From the NCBI GenBank assembly GCA_903954065.1, contig CAJBME010000367.1:1302-65301 (forward strand): a DNA stretch of 64,000 bases. Direction: 5' to 3'. This document shows, piece after piece, positions 1 to 8,111 of this stretch. This DNA comes from an uncultured bacterium (GTDB taxonomy: Bacteria > Verrucomicrobiota > Verrucomicrobiia > Verrucomicrobiales > V1-33). Numbering within the stretch: position 1 is the first letter of the stretch; each line of letters starts with the position of its first letter. A model generated the notes under the pieces. It searched no databases and had not been told where the DNA came from. It saw only the letters and a program-made list of their open reading frames with translations. Both the position numbers and the translations under genes were made by a program.

Positions 1-1409
1 TTCTTGTCCGGGTAGGCGCGGGCGGTCCAGTCGGCGATGGTGGCGATGTCTTCGGGGGTATAGCCGAACGTCTGGATAAATTGCTCGTTGAGAAACGAGA
101 GGGAGGGAGTGGGGTCGAGCGTACGGATGGCGATAGCGACGGGCAGGTGGTCGAGGATTTTGCGCAGCCGTGTTTCGCTGGCGGCCAGTTGTTGTTCGGC
201 GAGTGTCTGGGCGGTGATGTCGATGAGCACGCCTTCCCAGACGGTTGATCCATCGGGCAGTGAGCGCGGGATGGATTCGGCGCGGATCCAGCGGATCTCG
301 TTGTTGACGACGACGCGGGCCTCGCCGTGGAATGGGGACTTTTGAGTAAAGACTTCGATGTTTAGGCGCAGCCATTCGTCGTAATCATCGGGGTGGATGC
401 AGGCGAAGGCATTGAGTGGGTCTTGGCGGGCTTGCTCGCGATCGAGGCCGGTCATTTCGAGGAACCGGGTACTGAGGAAGTTAAAGGAGGCGAGGCCGCC
501 ATCGGGTGGCTGGACCATGGTGTAGGTGCCGACCGGGATGTTTTCGGTGAGTTCGTAGGCGGTATGTTCCAGTTCTTGGCGCAGCGACCGGAGTTCATTT
601 TCGGCGCGGTTGCGTTCGGTGATATCGACGAGGGTGATGAGTAGACTGTCGTCGAGTACGACGGCGCTAAAGACGATATCGCGCTGGGTGGTGTCCCGGC
701 AGTGGACTTGGAATTCCATGGATTCGACGTGCCCGTGTGACTGGATGGCGCGGGCGACGGCGGCGTTCCACACTTTAAAGACGGCGGTGCGGTAAGTGGC
801 GTCGGGGTAGGCGTGAATGGCCCAAGCGGCGACGGTGGGAATGTCGTCGAGGGTATAACCGAGAGTGCGTTCGAAGGCGGCGTTGAGAAAGACGATGGCT
901 GCGTCGGGTTCGAGGGTGGTGATGGCCACCGCGATCGGCAAGTTGCCGAGGGCTTTGCGGTAATCGCGTTCACCGGCGATGAGTTGTTCTTCTTTTTCTT
1001 TACGGGTGGTGATGTCGGTCATCACGGATTCCCAGACGGTGCCGCCGTTCGGGTCTGGGCGTGGGGTCGACTCGAGGCTGACCCAGCGGGTGTGGTGATG
1101 GACGAGCAGGCGGCCTTCCCATTGGAACGCGTGGCCGGCGGCCCAGGCGTTGGTTTGGCAGCGGAGGAAGTTGGGGCGGTCGTCGGGGTGGACGGCTTCG
1201 GCGGCGTGGTGGAAGCTGGCGTTAACGGCGTCGAGGGTGAGGCCGAGCAGGGTGAGCCACCGGGTGGTAGCGAAGGTGAGTTGCGGGGGCTGGCCTTCGC
1301 GGACGACGCAGGCGCAGGCGGCGACGGGGGCGGCGTCGGTTAGTCCCGGAGTGGAGGGATGCGGATGGTGAGCAGGCAAGTGGAGTATAGAGTAGCCTCT
1401 TTGAGGCAC
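1..1409 (-). CDS. multi-PAS-domain sensor protein, N-terminal part (gene runs off the left edge)
   Basis: Not in the ORF track because there is no stop in the window. My own minus-strand translation gives one open frame from about 1409 (GTG; TTG at 1379 also possible) to base 1: ...AVHPDDRPNFLRCQTNAWAAGHAFQWEGRLLVHHHTRWVSLESTPRPDPNGGTVWESVMTDITTRKEKEEQL... It is followed by two more PAS-like units with linkers ITERNRAENELRSLRQELE and ITAQTLAEQQLAASETRLRKIL. Track ORFs 88..345, 393..644, 452..973 and 813..1343 are shadow frames of it. Confidence 0.7.
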   Translation of the reverse strand, partial: MPQRGYSILHLPAHHPHPSTPGLTDAAPVAACACVVREGQPPQLTFATTRWLTLLGLTLDAVNASFHHAAEAVHPDDRPNFLRCQTNAWAAGHAFQWEGRLLVHHHTRWVSLESTPRPDPNGGTVWESVMTDITTRKEKEEQLIAGERDYRKALGNLPIAVAITTLEPDAAIVFLNAAFERTLGYTLDDIPTVAAWAIHAYPDATYRTAVFKVWNAAVARAIQSHGHVESMEFQVHCRDTTQRDIVFSAVVLDDSLLITLVDITERNRAENELRSLRQELEHTAYELTENIPVGTYTMVQPPDGGLASFNFLSTRFLEMTGLDREQARQDPLNAFACIHPDDYDEWLRLNIEVFTQKSPFHGEARVVVNNEIRWIRAESIPRSLPDGSTVWEGVLIDITAQTLAEQQLAASETRLRKILDHLPVAIAIRTLDPTPSLSFLNEQFIQTFGYTPEDIATIADWTARAYPDK

Positions 1410-1467
1410 TAAGGACGAAGTGATCCTAGGAAATGCGGCTGCGGATGTCTTCTTTTGTGCGGGCGGG

Positions 1468-2109
1468 TTAGGGGAGCGGGCCGAGGGTGGCGTGGTAGTG
1501 GCGCAAGGCTTCTTGCGTCAAGCCGGGACCGCTGGTGCCGAGTTTGGAGGACATACGTTTGCGGTGGGCCTGCACGGTATGCAGGGAGATGGTGAGGTGG
1601 TCGGCGATTTCTTTACTCATCAATCCTCGGCCGATGAGAGTGAAGATTTCGTATTCTCGCACGCTCAGGGTGTGCCGCGGGTCGGTTTGGCGCACGTTGC
1701 TGCCGCCGAGGCCTTTGGGTACGAGCGCTTTGAGTTCAGCGGCGAGGTCGTCGTAAGCCTGTGTTTTGTCGAGGACCGCGTGGATATGATTATTCAGACT
1801 GGCTGGGCAGACGAAGGTACTCGCTTCACCCGAGAGGATGATGATTTTCGCTCGCGGCTGGAGTTCGACGAGGCGGCGGGCGACTTTTGTCCCGCGGCCG
1901 TCGGCGAGGGCGAGGTCGAGGACGAGCAAGTCAGGGCGATGAAGTTCGCAGGCTTCGATGCCTTCGGCGACCGACTGGGCGGTGGCCACTACTTCGAAGT
2001 AGGGCATGGTTTCCATCATGGCGTACAGCATTTGGAGGAACATCAATTGATCTTCGACGATGACGCACGTGAGATTTTGGGTGGGCATGATTGCATAATA
2101 TACCCACAT
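1468..2109 (-). CDS. NarL/FixJ-family response regulator (REC + LuxR-type HTH)
   Basis: REC signature VIVEDQ...LLVLDLALADG...KIIILSG. C-terminal LuxR HTH LSVREYEIFTLIGRGLMSKEIADHLTISLHTVQAHRKRMSSKLG. The likely true start is the internal MPTQNL at 2088. Confidence 0.9.
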   Translation of the reverse strand: MWVYYAIMPTQNLTCVIVEDQLMFLQMLYAMMETMPYFEVVATAQSVAEGIEACELHRPDLLVLDLALADGRGTKVARRLVELQPRAKIIILSGEASTFVCPASLNNHIHAVLDKTQAYDDLAAELKALVPKGLGGSNVRQTDPRHTLSVREYEIFTLIGRGLMSKEIADHLTISLHTVQAHRKRMSSKLGTSGPGLTQEALRHYHATLGPLP

Positions 2110-2495
2110 TGCGTTTGACTCCAGAGGTTTGCGCGTGCCGTGATCGGCTTATTAGATCATAAAAACTTGATAATGAGGGAATTTCGTAGTTATTTCGCAG
2201 AGAAAGAAAAAGAGAAAAACCCGATGGAAGTGGGTAGTTTGAGGCCCGCCAGCGGCGAGCGAGGGGGGAAGGCGAGAGCCTGGTGAAAAGGTGGAAGAGT
2301 GGCTAAAGTAGCTCTCAGTGGGGAGGTATTTATGAGCCAGCGGTGGGAATACTGGCAAGTACCCAGCGGAGGGTATTTTTGATGGGGGGCGGGGTGAGGA
2401 CGGATGTGAAGTGGATTAAACCGGGGTTGCGTTTCCGGGACCAGACGGCACTTTTCTCATTCGCCGATATTTTTCATTCATTCCCTACACATTTC

Positions 2496-3473
2496 ATGAG
2501 TACTGCCACTGCCGCCCCGAGCCAGCTCGATCAACTCAAAAAATTCACCACGGTCGTTGCGGACACGGGTGATTTCGAGTCGATGAAGCAGTTCCAGCCG
2601 CAGGATGCGACGACGAATCCGTCGTTGATTCTTCAGGCGTCGCAGAAGGCGGAGTATCGACCGCTGGTTGACCGGGCGTTGGCTGAGCACAAGCACAGTG
2701 TGTTGGCGGGTGACGCGTTGGTGGACAGCGTGATCGACCGGATTTTGATTTTGTTTGGGCAGGAGATTTTGAAGATTGTACCGGGGCGGGTTTCGACCGA
2801 AGTGGATGCGCGTTTATCTTTTGATGCGGAGGCGACGGTGGTGAAAGCGCGGAAGTTAATTGCTGACTATGAAGCTGGGGGCACGCCACGGGAGCGGATT
2901 TTGATTAAGATTGCGTCGACGTGGGAAGGGATTGAGGCGGCCAAGGTACTGCAGAAGGACGGCATCAACTGTAATTTGACGTTGTTGTTTTCGTTGGTGC
3001 AGGCGGTGGCGTGTGCGGAAGGCGGCATCAAGTTGATCTCGCCTTTTGTCGGGCGCATTTACGATTGGTATAAGAAGTCGACGGGTCTTGAGTACACGGG
3101 GGCGGCGGATCCTGGGGTGCAGTCGGTGGTCGGCATCTATAATTACTACAAGAAATTTGGCCATACCACGGAAGTGATGGGGGCGAGTTTCCGCAATACC
3201 AGCCAGATCATTGAGTTAGCTGGATGTGATTTGCTGACGATTTCGCCTGGGTTATTGGAGCAATTGGCGGCGAGCACGGAGGTGTTGGTGCCGAAGCTGG
3301 ATGCGGCGCTGGCGCGCGGGCTGGAGCTGGAGCGGGTGCCGTGTGATGAGAAGAGTTTCCGTCGGTTATTGAATGACGATGCGATGGCGACGGAGAAGAC
3401 GGCGGAAGGAATTCGTGCTTTTGCCAAGGATATCAACAAGTTGGAAGCGATGATTCGCGAAGCGATGGCTTGA
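2496..3473 (+). CDS. tal: transaldolase
   Basis: [46 protein letters not shown]...[32 protein letters not shown]...[11 protein letters not shown] is a classical TalB-type sequence. The ATG at 2496 fits homologue length; the track ORF start at 2343 is over-extended. Confidence 0.95.
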   Translation: MSTATAAPSQLDQLKKFTTVVADTGDFESMKQFQPQDATTNPSLILQASQKAEYRPLVDRALAEHKHSVLAGDALVDSVIDRILILFGQEILKIVPGRVSTEVDARLSFDAEATVVKARKLIADYEAGGTPRERILIKIASTWEGIEAAKVLQKDGINCNLTLLFSLVQAVACAEGGIKLISPFVGRIYDWYKKSTGLEYTGAADPGVQSVVGIYNYYKKFGHTTEVMGASFRNTSQIIELAGCDLLTISPGLLEQLAASTEVLVPKLDAALARGLELERVPCDEKSFRRLLNDDAMATEKTAEGIRAFAKDINKLEAMIREAMA

Positions 3474-3499
3474 GTGGGGTTGGTGGCGAGGGTGAACGA

Positions 3500-4114
3500 A
3501 TGACTGCACCGACGATTAGGGTGAAAGATGGCGGGCCGTCGGTGGCGGCGGCTCCGCTGCGGCTGGCGGACGGGACTGGCTGGCCGCGGCAGCGGACGGT
3601 GGTATCGGTGCGGTCGGAGGCGGACGCTTTGACAGTCATGTTCGCGTGTGACGACACCGATGCGTGGGGCACGCTGACGCGGCGGGATGATCCGGTGTAC
3701 AAGGAAGAATGTGTCGAGTTATTTTTGGCGCCTGGGGAGGATGATCCGAAAGATTATTTTGAATTTGAGCTGAGTCCCTTGGGGACGTTTTTTGATGCGC
3801 GGATTCACAATCCGACGGGGCGACGCGAGAGCTTGTCGGCTGACTTGGAGTGGCGGGCGCGCGGGGCGACGTGGCGGGCGGTGGTTGATCGGGCGGCGGC
3901 GCGGTGGACGGCGGAGATGCGATTACCGTGGGCGGGTCTGGGGTTTCCCCCGGGAGTGGTGCGGCCGCGCGTTTGGCGCCTGAATTTTTATCGTATTGAT
4001 CGTCCGCGTGATGGATCAGCGGCGGAATATTCGGCGTGGTCACCGACGGCGGTGACGCCGCCGAATTTTCATGTGCCTTCGCGGTTTGGCTGGCTGCGGC
4101 TGGGGGACGACTGA
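3500..4114 (+). CDS. CBM9-like / DOMON-like carbohydrate-binding domain protein
   Basis: PVYKEECVELFLAPGEDDPKDYFEFELSPLGTFFDA...WTAEMRLPWAGLG...WRLNFYRID resembles carbohydrate-binding family 9-like domains. The ATG at 3500 is preceded by GAGGGTGAA (SD-like). Confidence 0.6.
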   Translation: MTAPTIRVKDGGPSVAAAPLRLADGTGWPRQRTVVSVRSEADALTVMFACDDTDAWGTLTRRDDPVYKEECVELFLAPGEDDPKDYFEFELSPLGTFFDARIHNPTGRRESLSADLEWRARGATWRAVVDRAAARWTAEMRLPWAGLGFPPGVVRPRVWRLNFYRIDRPRDGSAAEYSAWSPTAVTPPNFHVPSRFGWLRLGDD

Positions 4115-4184
4115 TTTCGGCGGCGGGGAGTAGGGGCAAAGGTGTGGAAAAAACGACTTTCGCGGACGGGTGGCTGGGGCATGA

Positions 4185-4394
4185 GTGGAAGGCATGCGTT
4201 CCTTCCTGCGCCGGTTGATTGATTTTTGTGCGGACCGTCTGACGGAACCGGAGCGGTGGCTGGTAGTGATGGCCTTGGCGGTGGTCGTTTTAGGATCACT
4301 GGTGAAATATGCTCGCGCGCGGCCGGAGATGGTTCCACATTCCACCAGGGCGCTGGAAAAGAGTGCCCAGTCATCCTTCGACTCCCTACGATGA
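4185..4394 (+). CDS. small predicted membrane protein
   Basis: MRSFLRRLIDFCADRLTEPERWLVVMALAVVVLGSLVKYA contains one hydrophobic helix. Its TGA (4392-4394) overlaps the ATG (4391) of the next gene as ATGA, suggesting translational coupling. Start is GTG 4185 or ATG 4194. Confidence 0.45.
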   Translation: MEGMRSFLRRLIDFCADRLTEPERWLVVMALAVVVLGSLVKYARARPEMVPHSTRALEKSAQSSFDSLR

Positions 4395-4819
4395 ATCAAC
4401 GACCCAGTTTTGACGACGGTGTCCAGCTTTGTCTGACCCGCGATGCGAGGTATCCGAAAGAAGCGTATCCTTTGATCCGCGATGCGCTGGACCATGCGCA
4501 GAAGCTGGTGTCGGCGCGGGACAAGCGCCGTGGGGTGGGCCATCTCGATGGACCGGAAATCCTCGAAGGATTTCGCGATCTGGCGCTGACCCAGTTTGGT
4601 CCATTGGCTCGCATTGTTTTGGAAACGTGGGGGTTGCGCGCCACGATCGATGTGGGACACATCGTCTTTAACTTGATTGAGGCCGATGTTTTTTCCAAAT
4701 CCGACCGGGATCAGCTGGCGGATTTCGACAATGTGTTTGATTTCACGGAGGCCTTTGATGCTCCGTATCGTCCGTTACCGGCGGCGGCGGCAGTGTCGGA
4801 ACGTGACCCGGTTCGTTAG
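4391..4819 (+). CDS. Minf_1886-family protein (Planctomycete/Verrucomicrobia-restricted conserved hypothetical)
   Basis: RYPKEAYPLIRDALDHAQKLV...GHLDGPEILEGFRDLALTQFGPLARIVLETWGLRATIDVGHIVFNLIEADVFSKSDRDQLADFDNVFDF matches my recollection of this family. Start moved to the ATG at 4391. Confidence 0.65.
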   Translation: MNQRPSFDDGVQLCLTRDARYPKEAYPLIRDALDHAQKLVSARDKRRGVGHLDGPEILEGFRDLALTQFGPLARIVLETWGLRATIDVGHIVFNLIEADVFSKSDRDQLADFDNVFDFTEAFDAPYRPLPAAAAVSERDPVR

Positions 4820-4907
4820 TTTAGAAGGCAACCATGACCGGTCCGTGTGCGATGTCTGGGCGGGTGGTTCGATCTTTGGACCGGCGCGATATGGGCATCG
4901 GTTGATT

Positions 4908-5666
4908 TTAATTCCGCTGATTTTTGATCGGCTGGAAAGTGATTTCGGCGATGACGCCCCCTCCGAATGGGGCGCCGAAGCGTTCGGCGACCTGCACGGT
5001 GGGGAAATACGAGGGGGTAGGGGAGGCTGACTGGCGGGAGCGTTTGATGATCCATCGGACTGAGCTAGCGATGAGGAGGAAGCAGAGGCTGGTGGCGGCC
5101 ATTCCGCTGACGATCCACCAGACCTGCGGGCTGATTTGGTGGCGGGTCAGGGCGCGATGTTGGGCCATGGCGGCGCGGAGGCGGGGGGCTAGGTTTTCGA
5201 TGACGACGAGGATTTTGTCGCTGGTGGTGCCCTCGGTGGCGGCGGCGATGGTACTGGCTTCGGTGAAGATGCGGTGTAATTCAGTGCTGCTTAACCATTC
5301 AGTGTCACTTCCATCAGAAAGGTAAGTGCACTGGTTGGTGCTGGTATCGGCCACTACGAGCAAGCCGTCCTGATCCGGGCACCAAGCGGCCTTGAGGCGT
5401 TCGGCTCGTTGTTCGATGGTTTCACCGAGCATGAACCTGTAGATGGCCACGTGGAGGTTGATGCCAGCGGCCCGGGCCTGTGCGACCGCCCGGACGGCGG
5501 TGGCGCGTTGAGTGGCATCGAATACCGACGAGTCGTCGTACAGGCCGTCGGCGGGGGCGGGCGGCACGGGGGCTAGTTCAGCCGCGGCTGGAGCCACGGC
5601 CATGAATCCGCACAAGGCGAGCAGGGCGAGCGCCATCATCCAACCAGCTGAGCCTGCGCGCGACAT
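4908..5666 (-). CDS. TPM-domain-like membrane-anchored protein
   Basis: Signal/anchor MSRAGSAGWMMALALLALCGFMAVAPAAA. TPM-like core LYDDSSVFDATQR...INLHVAIYRFMLGETIEQRAERL. C-terminal TM VWWIVSGMAATSLCFLLIASS. The track start at 5762 would overlap ridA. Confidence 0.5.
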   Translation of the reverse strand: MSRAGSAGWMMALALLALCGFMAVAPAAAELAPVPPAPADGLYDDSSVFDATQRATAVRAVAQARAAGINLHVAIYRFMLGETIEQRAERLKAAWCPDQDGLLVVADTSTNQCTYLSDGSDTEWLSSTELHRIFTEASTIAAATEGTTSDKILVVIENLAPRLRAAMAQHRALTRHQISPQVWWIVSGMAATSLCFLLIASSVRWIIKRSRQSASPTPSYFPTVQVAERFGAPFGGGVIAEITFQPIKNQRN

Positions 5667-5673
5667 CCCGTGT

Positions 5674-6057
5674 TTAGCGGGTGGTGGCGATGGCTTCGAC
5701 TTCGACCAGCGCGTCTTTGGGCAGACGTGCGACCTCGACGGTGGAGCGGGCGGGCGGGTCATGTGGAAAGAAAGTGGCGTAGACGGCGTTCATGGCGGCG
5801 AAATCGTTCATGTCTTTGAGGAAGACGGTTGTTTTGACGATGTGACCGAGACTGCTGTCGCTGGCGTGGAGGACGGCTTGCAGGTTTTTGAGCGCTTGGG
5901 TGGTTTGTTCGGCGACGCCGCCGGGCACGAAGGCGGAAGTGGCGGGATCGATGGGTAGCTGGCCGCTGGTGAAGACGAGGTGGCTGGTGGGCAGGCTCAC
6001 GGCTTGGGAGTACGGGCCAATGGCGGCGGGGGCGGCGTCGGTGGAGATATGTTTCAT
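5674..6057 (-). CDS. ridA: RidA/YjgF-family reactive-intermediate deaminase
   Basis: AAPAAIGPYSQAV...VFTSGQLPIDP...TTQALKNLQAVL...KTTVFLKDMNDFAAMNAVYATFF...PARSTVEVARLPKDALVEVEAIA. Confidence 0.9.
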   Translation of the reverse strand: MKHISTDAAPAAIGPYSQAVSLPTSHLVFTSGQLPIDPATSAFVPGGVAEQTTQALKNLQAVLHASDSSLGHIVKTTVFLKDMNDFAAMNAVYATFFPHDPPARSTVEVARLPKDALVEVEAIATTR

Positions 6058-6072
6058 GAGAAGCGATGGGCC

Positions 6073-7137
6073 TCAGGGTTGGCTGCTAGGGGCAGCGGGG
6101 GCAGCGGATTTTTTTTCGAGCGAGCGGAGGCGTTGCACTAATTCTGGGAGCTGGTGGACGGCGGCCATGATGCGCAGCATTTTGCGAATCGGTTCGGCCC
6201 GGTCGCCCATGTAGACGCCTGGCTGCATCATGCTTTTGGCGACTCCTGACTGACCGGTAATGATGACGCCGGATCCGATCTCGATGTGGCCGGCGACGCC
6301 GACTTGAGCGGCAATCGTCACGCCATCGTGAAGTCGGGCGCTACCGGCAATCCCTGAAAGTCCAGCCACGACGCAGTTTTTACCGATATCGACGTTATGA
6401 GCGATTTGCACGAGGTTGTCGATTTTTGTTCCGGCGCCGATCCGGGTTTGGCCGAAGCGGGCGCGATCGACGCATGAATTGGCGCCGATTTCGACATCAT
6501 CTTCGAGGACGACGATGCCGACTTGGGGGATTTTCTCACGGCGACCGTCGTTAAGTTGTTCGAATCCGAAGCCATCGGCTCCGATGACGGCTCCTGGGTG
6601 GAGGATGACGCGGTGGCCGAGGCGGCAGTGGCGCAGGACGGTGACGCGGGGGTGGAGCACGCAGTCTTGACCGATGACGACGCCATCGCCGAGCACGCAT
6701 CCGGCGCCGATGCGGGTGCCATTGCCGATGGTGACTCCGGCTTCGATGACGGCGTGTGGGCCGATGCAGACGCACTCGGGATCGAGGACAGCGCTGGGGT
6801 CGACGACAGCTGACGGGTGGATGCCGGGGATGAACGGGGCTGGCGGCGGGGCCAGGCGGGCCATGACCTGGGCAAAGACCAGCGACGGGTTGTCGACCGC
6901 CACGAGGGAGGTGTGAGGAAAGAGACTGGCGAATTCTGCGGGCACAGCATTCGGGACGAGCACGACGGCGGCGCGGGTGGCGCGCAAGGCTGGGAGGTAC
7001 TTCTCGTTGCCGAAAAAGCTGAGATCTTCAGGCCCGGCGGCAGCCAAAGACTGGCACTGGGTGAAAACCGTGTCGCCGCGGCCAGAGAGCAACGTCCCAT
7101 CGAACAAGGCCGTCAGTTCAGAAACCGTCAAAGGCAT
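6073..7137 (-). CDS. lpxD: UDP-3-O-acylglucosamine N-acyltransferase
   Basis: Left-handed beta-helix hexapeptide repeats ([29 protein letters not shown]...) and an LpxD N-terminal domain ([24 protein letters not shown]). It lies downstream of skp and bamA as in many Gram-negatives. Start at MPLTVSEL. Confidence 0.9.
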   Translation of the reverse strand: MPLTVSELTALFDGTLLSGRGDTVFTQCQSLAAAGPEDLSFFGNEKYLPALRATRAAVVLVPNAVPAEFASLFPHTSLVAVDNPSLVFAQVMARLAPPPAPFIPGIHPSAVVDPSAVLDPECVCIGPHAVIEAGVTIGNGTRIGAGCVLGDGVVIGQDCVLHPRVTVLRHCRLGHRVILHPGAVIGADGFGFEQLNDGRREKIPQVGIVVLEDDVEIGANSCVDRARFGQTRIGAGTKIDNLVQIAHNVDIGKNCVVAGLSGIAGSARLHDGVTIAAQVGVAGHIEIGSGVIITGQSGVAKSMMQPGVYMGDRAEPIRKMLRIMAAVHQLPELVQRLRSLEKKSAAPAAPSSQP

Positions 7138-7313
7138 GGTAGGCAGGGCGGGGCTGTAGCCTGCCCGCAAAAGGAATAAAGAACGGGAAAAACGGCTGGC
7201 CGGCGGAGAGCGGCGGCAACTTGGAGGGGCAGCTACGGAGTGGAGGGAAGAGAGACCGACGTACTTAATGGTCGAGTGAACGACGGGCCGCGCCCGCGGT
7301 ACGGGCCGGACTG

Positions 7314-7341
7314 GCGCCCTGATGGTCGATGATCAGGGCGC
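7314..7341. other. perfect 10-bp stem-loop between skp and lpxD
   Basis: GCGCCCTGAT (7314-7323) pairs with ATCAGGGCGC (7332-7341); the loop is GGTCGATG. There is no U-tract on either strand. Confidence 0.6.
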
Positions 7342-7368
7342 GTGGGTGGCGGAGGGGGGTGCGGCGAC

Positions 7369-8019
7369 TTACTTTTTCTTCGCGGGGGCCGGCGCTGGGG
7401 CTGGAGTAGCGGGGGCGGGGGCGGCGGCGGCTTCTTTCGGGGCGTCTTTGTTCAGTTCGCCGACGATTTCCTGACTAAAGTCGACGGCATCCTTCGAGAA
7501 GAGGAGGAATGGTACGCCGTTGACGCCCATGCCGGACTTATCGAACACGAGGTCGTAATTAGCGTCTTTGGCTTTGCGTTCGACGAGCACTTTGATTTCG
7601 TCGAGGATGCCTTTACGGACGCGGGTGACTTGTTCTTGGAGTTGTTGTTCCCGGCGTTGGCGGAATTCGGCCATTTCGCGTTCGAGGCTTTTGGCTTCGG
7701 ACGACAATTCTTCGGCTTCTTTCTTTTTCTGGGCGCGCAATTCCTCGCTGATGGCTGGGTCGTTAATGAGTTTCTGGGACTCCTGCCATTTTCCGATCAG
7801 GTCGCGATATTTGGCATTGCGCTCGTCGAGTTGTTTTTTGGCAGCTTCCTTACCGTCATTGACTGATTTTTCGGCGTCTTTTGTTTTGTAGTATTCGGAA
7901 AAGACGCGCTTCATGTCGATGATTCCGATTTTGAAGGAACCTTGAGCGGCGACGGGGCTGGCCGCGCTCAGGCACAGGGCGGCGGCGATGGCGGCGGAGA
8001 CGAGGGAAACGTTTTTCAT
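7369..8019 (-). CDS. skp: OmpH/Skp-family periplasmic chaperone
   Basis: Signal peptide MKNVSLVSAAIAAALCLSAASPVAAQ. Long coiled-coil KE-rich body (IDMKRVFSEYYKTKDAEKS...) and position between bamA and lpxD. Confidence 0.85.
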   Translation of the reverse strand: MKNVSLVSAAIAAALCLSAASPVAAQGSFKIGIIDMKRVFSEYYKTKDAEKSVNDGKEAAKKQLDERNAKYRDLIGKWQESQKLINDPAISEELRAQKKKEAEELSSEAKSLEREMAEFRQRREQQLQEQVTRVRKGILDEIKVLVERKAKDANYDLVFDKSGMGVNGVPFLLFSKDAVDFSQEIVGELNKDAPKEAAAAPAPATPAPAPAPAKKK

Positions 8020-8111
8020 GGAGTGGAGTGGATCGTCAAATGGTAGAGGAGGATTGCGGACGTGCAACGGCCAGAACCGCCATTCTCAGGCGGTTCTGGC
8101 CGGGTGTGGAA

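Noticed and set aside
452-1343. Track ORFs 452..973(-), 813..1343(+) and neighbours at the left edge
   Set aside because: Another minus-strand frame reads through the whole region as a coherent multi-PAS protein. The listed ORFs are Pro/Ser- or Gly/Val-rich shadows.
2110-2495. Possible ncRNA or riboswitch in the 385-nt divergent spacer upstream of tal (purine-rich tracts, small ORF 2152..2358)
   Set aside because: I could find no stable conserved-looking structure or known motif. The small ORF is antisense and low-complexity. The most economical reading is two divergent promoters.
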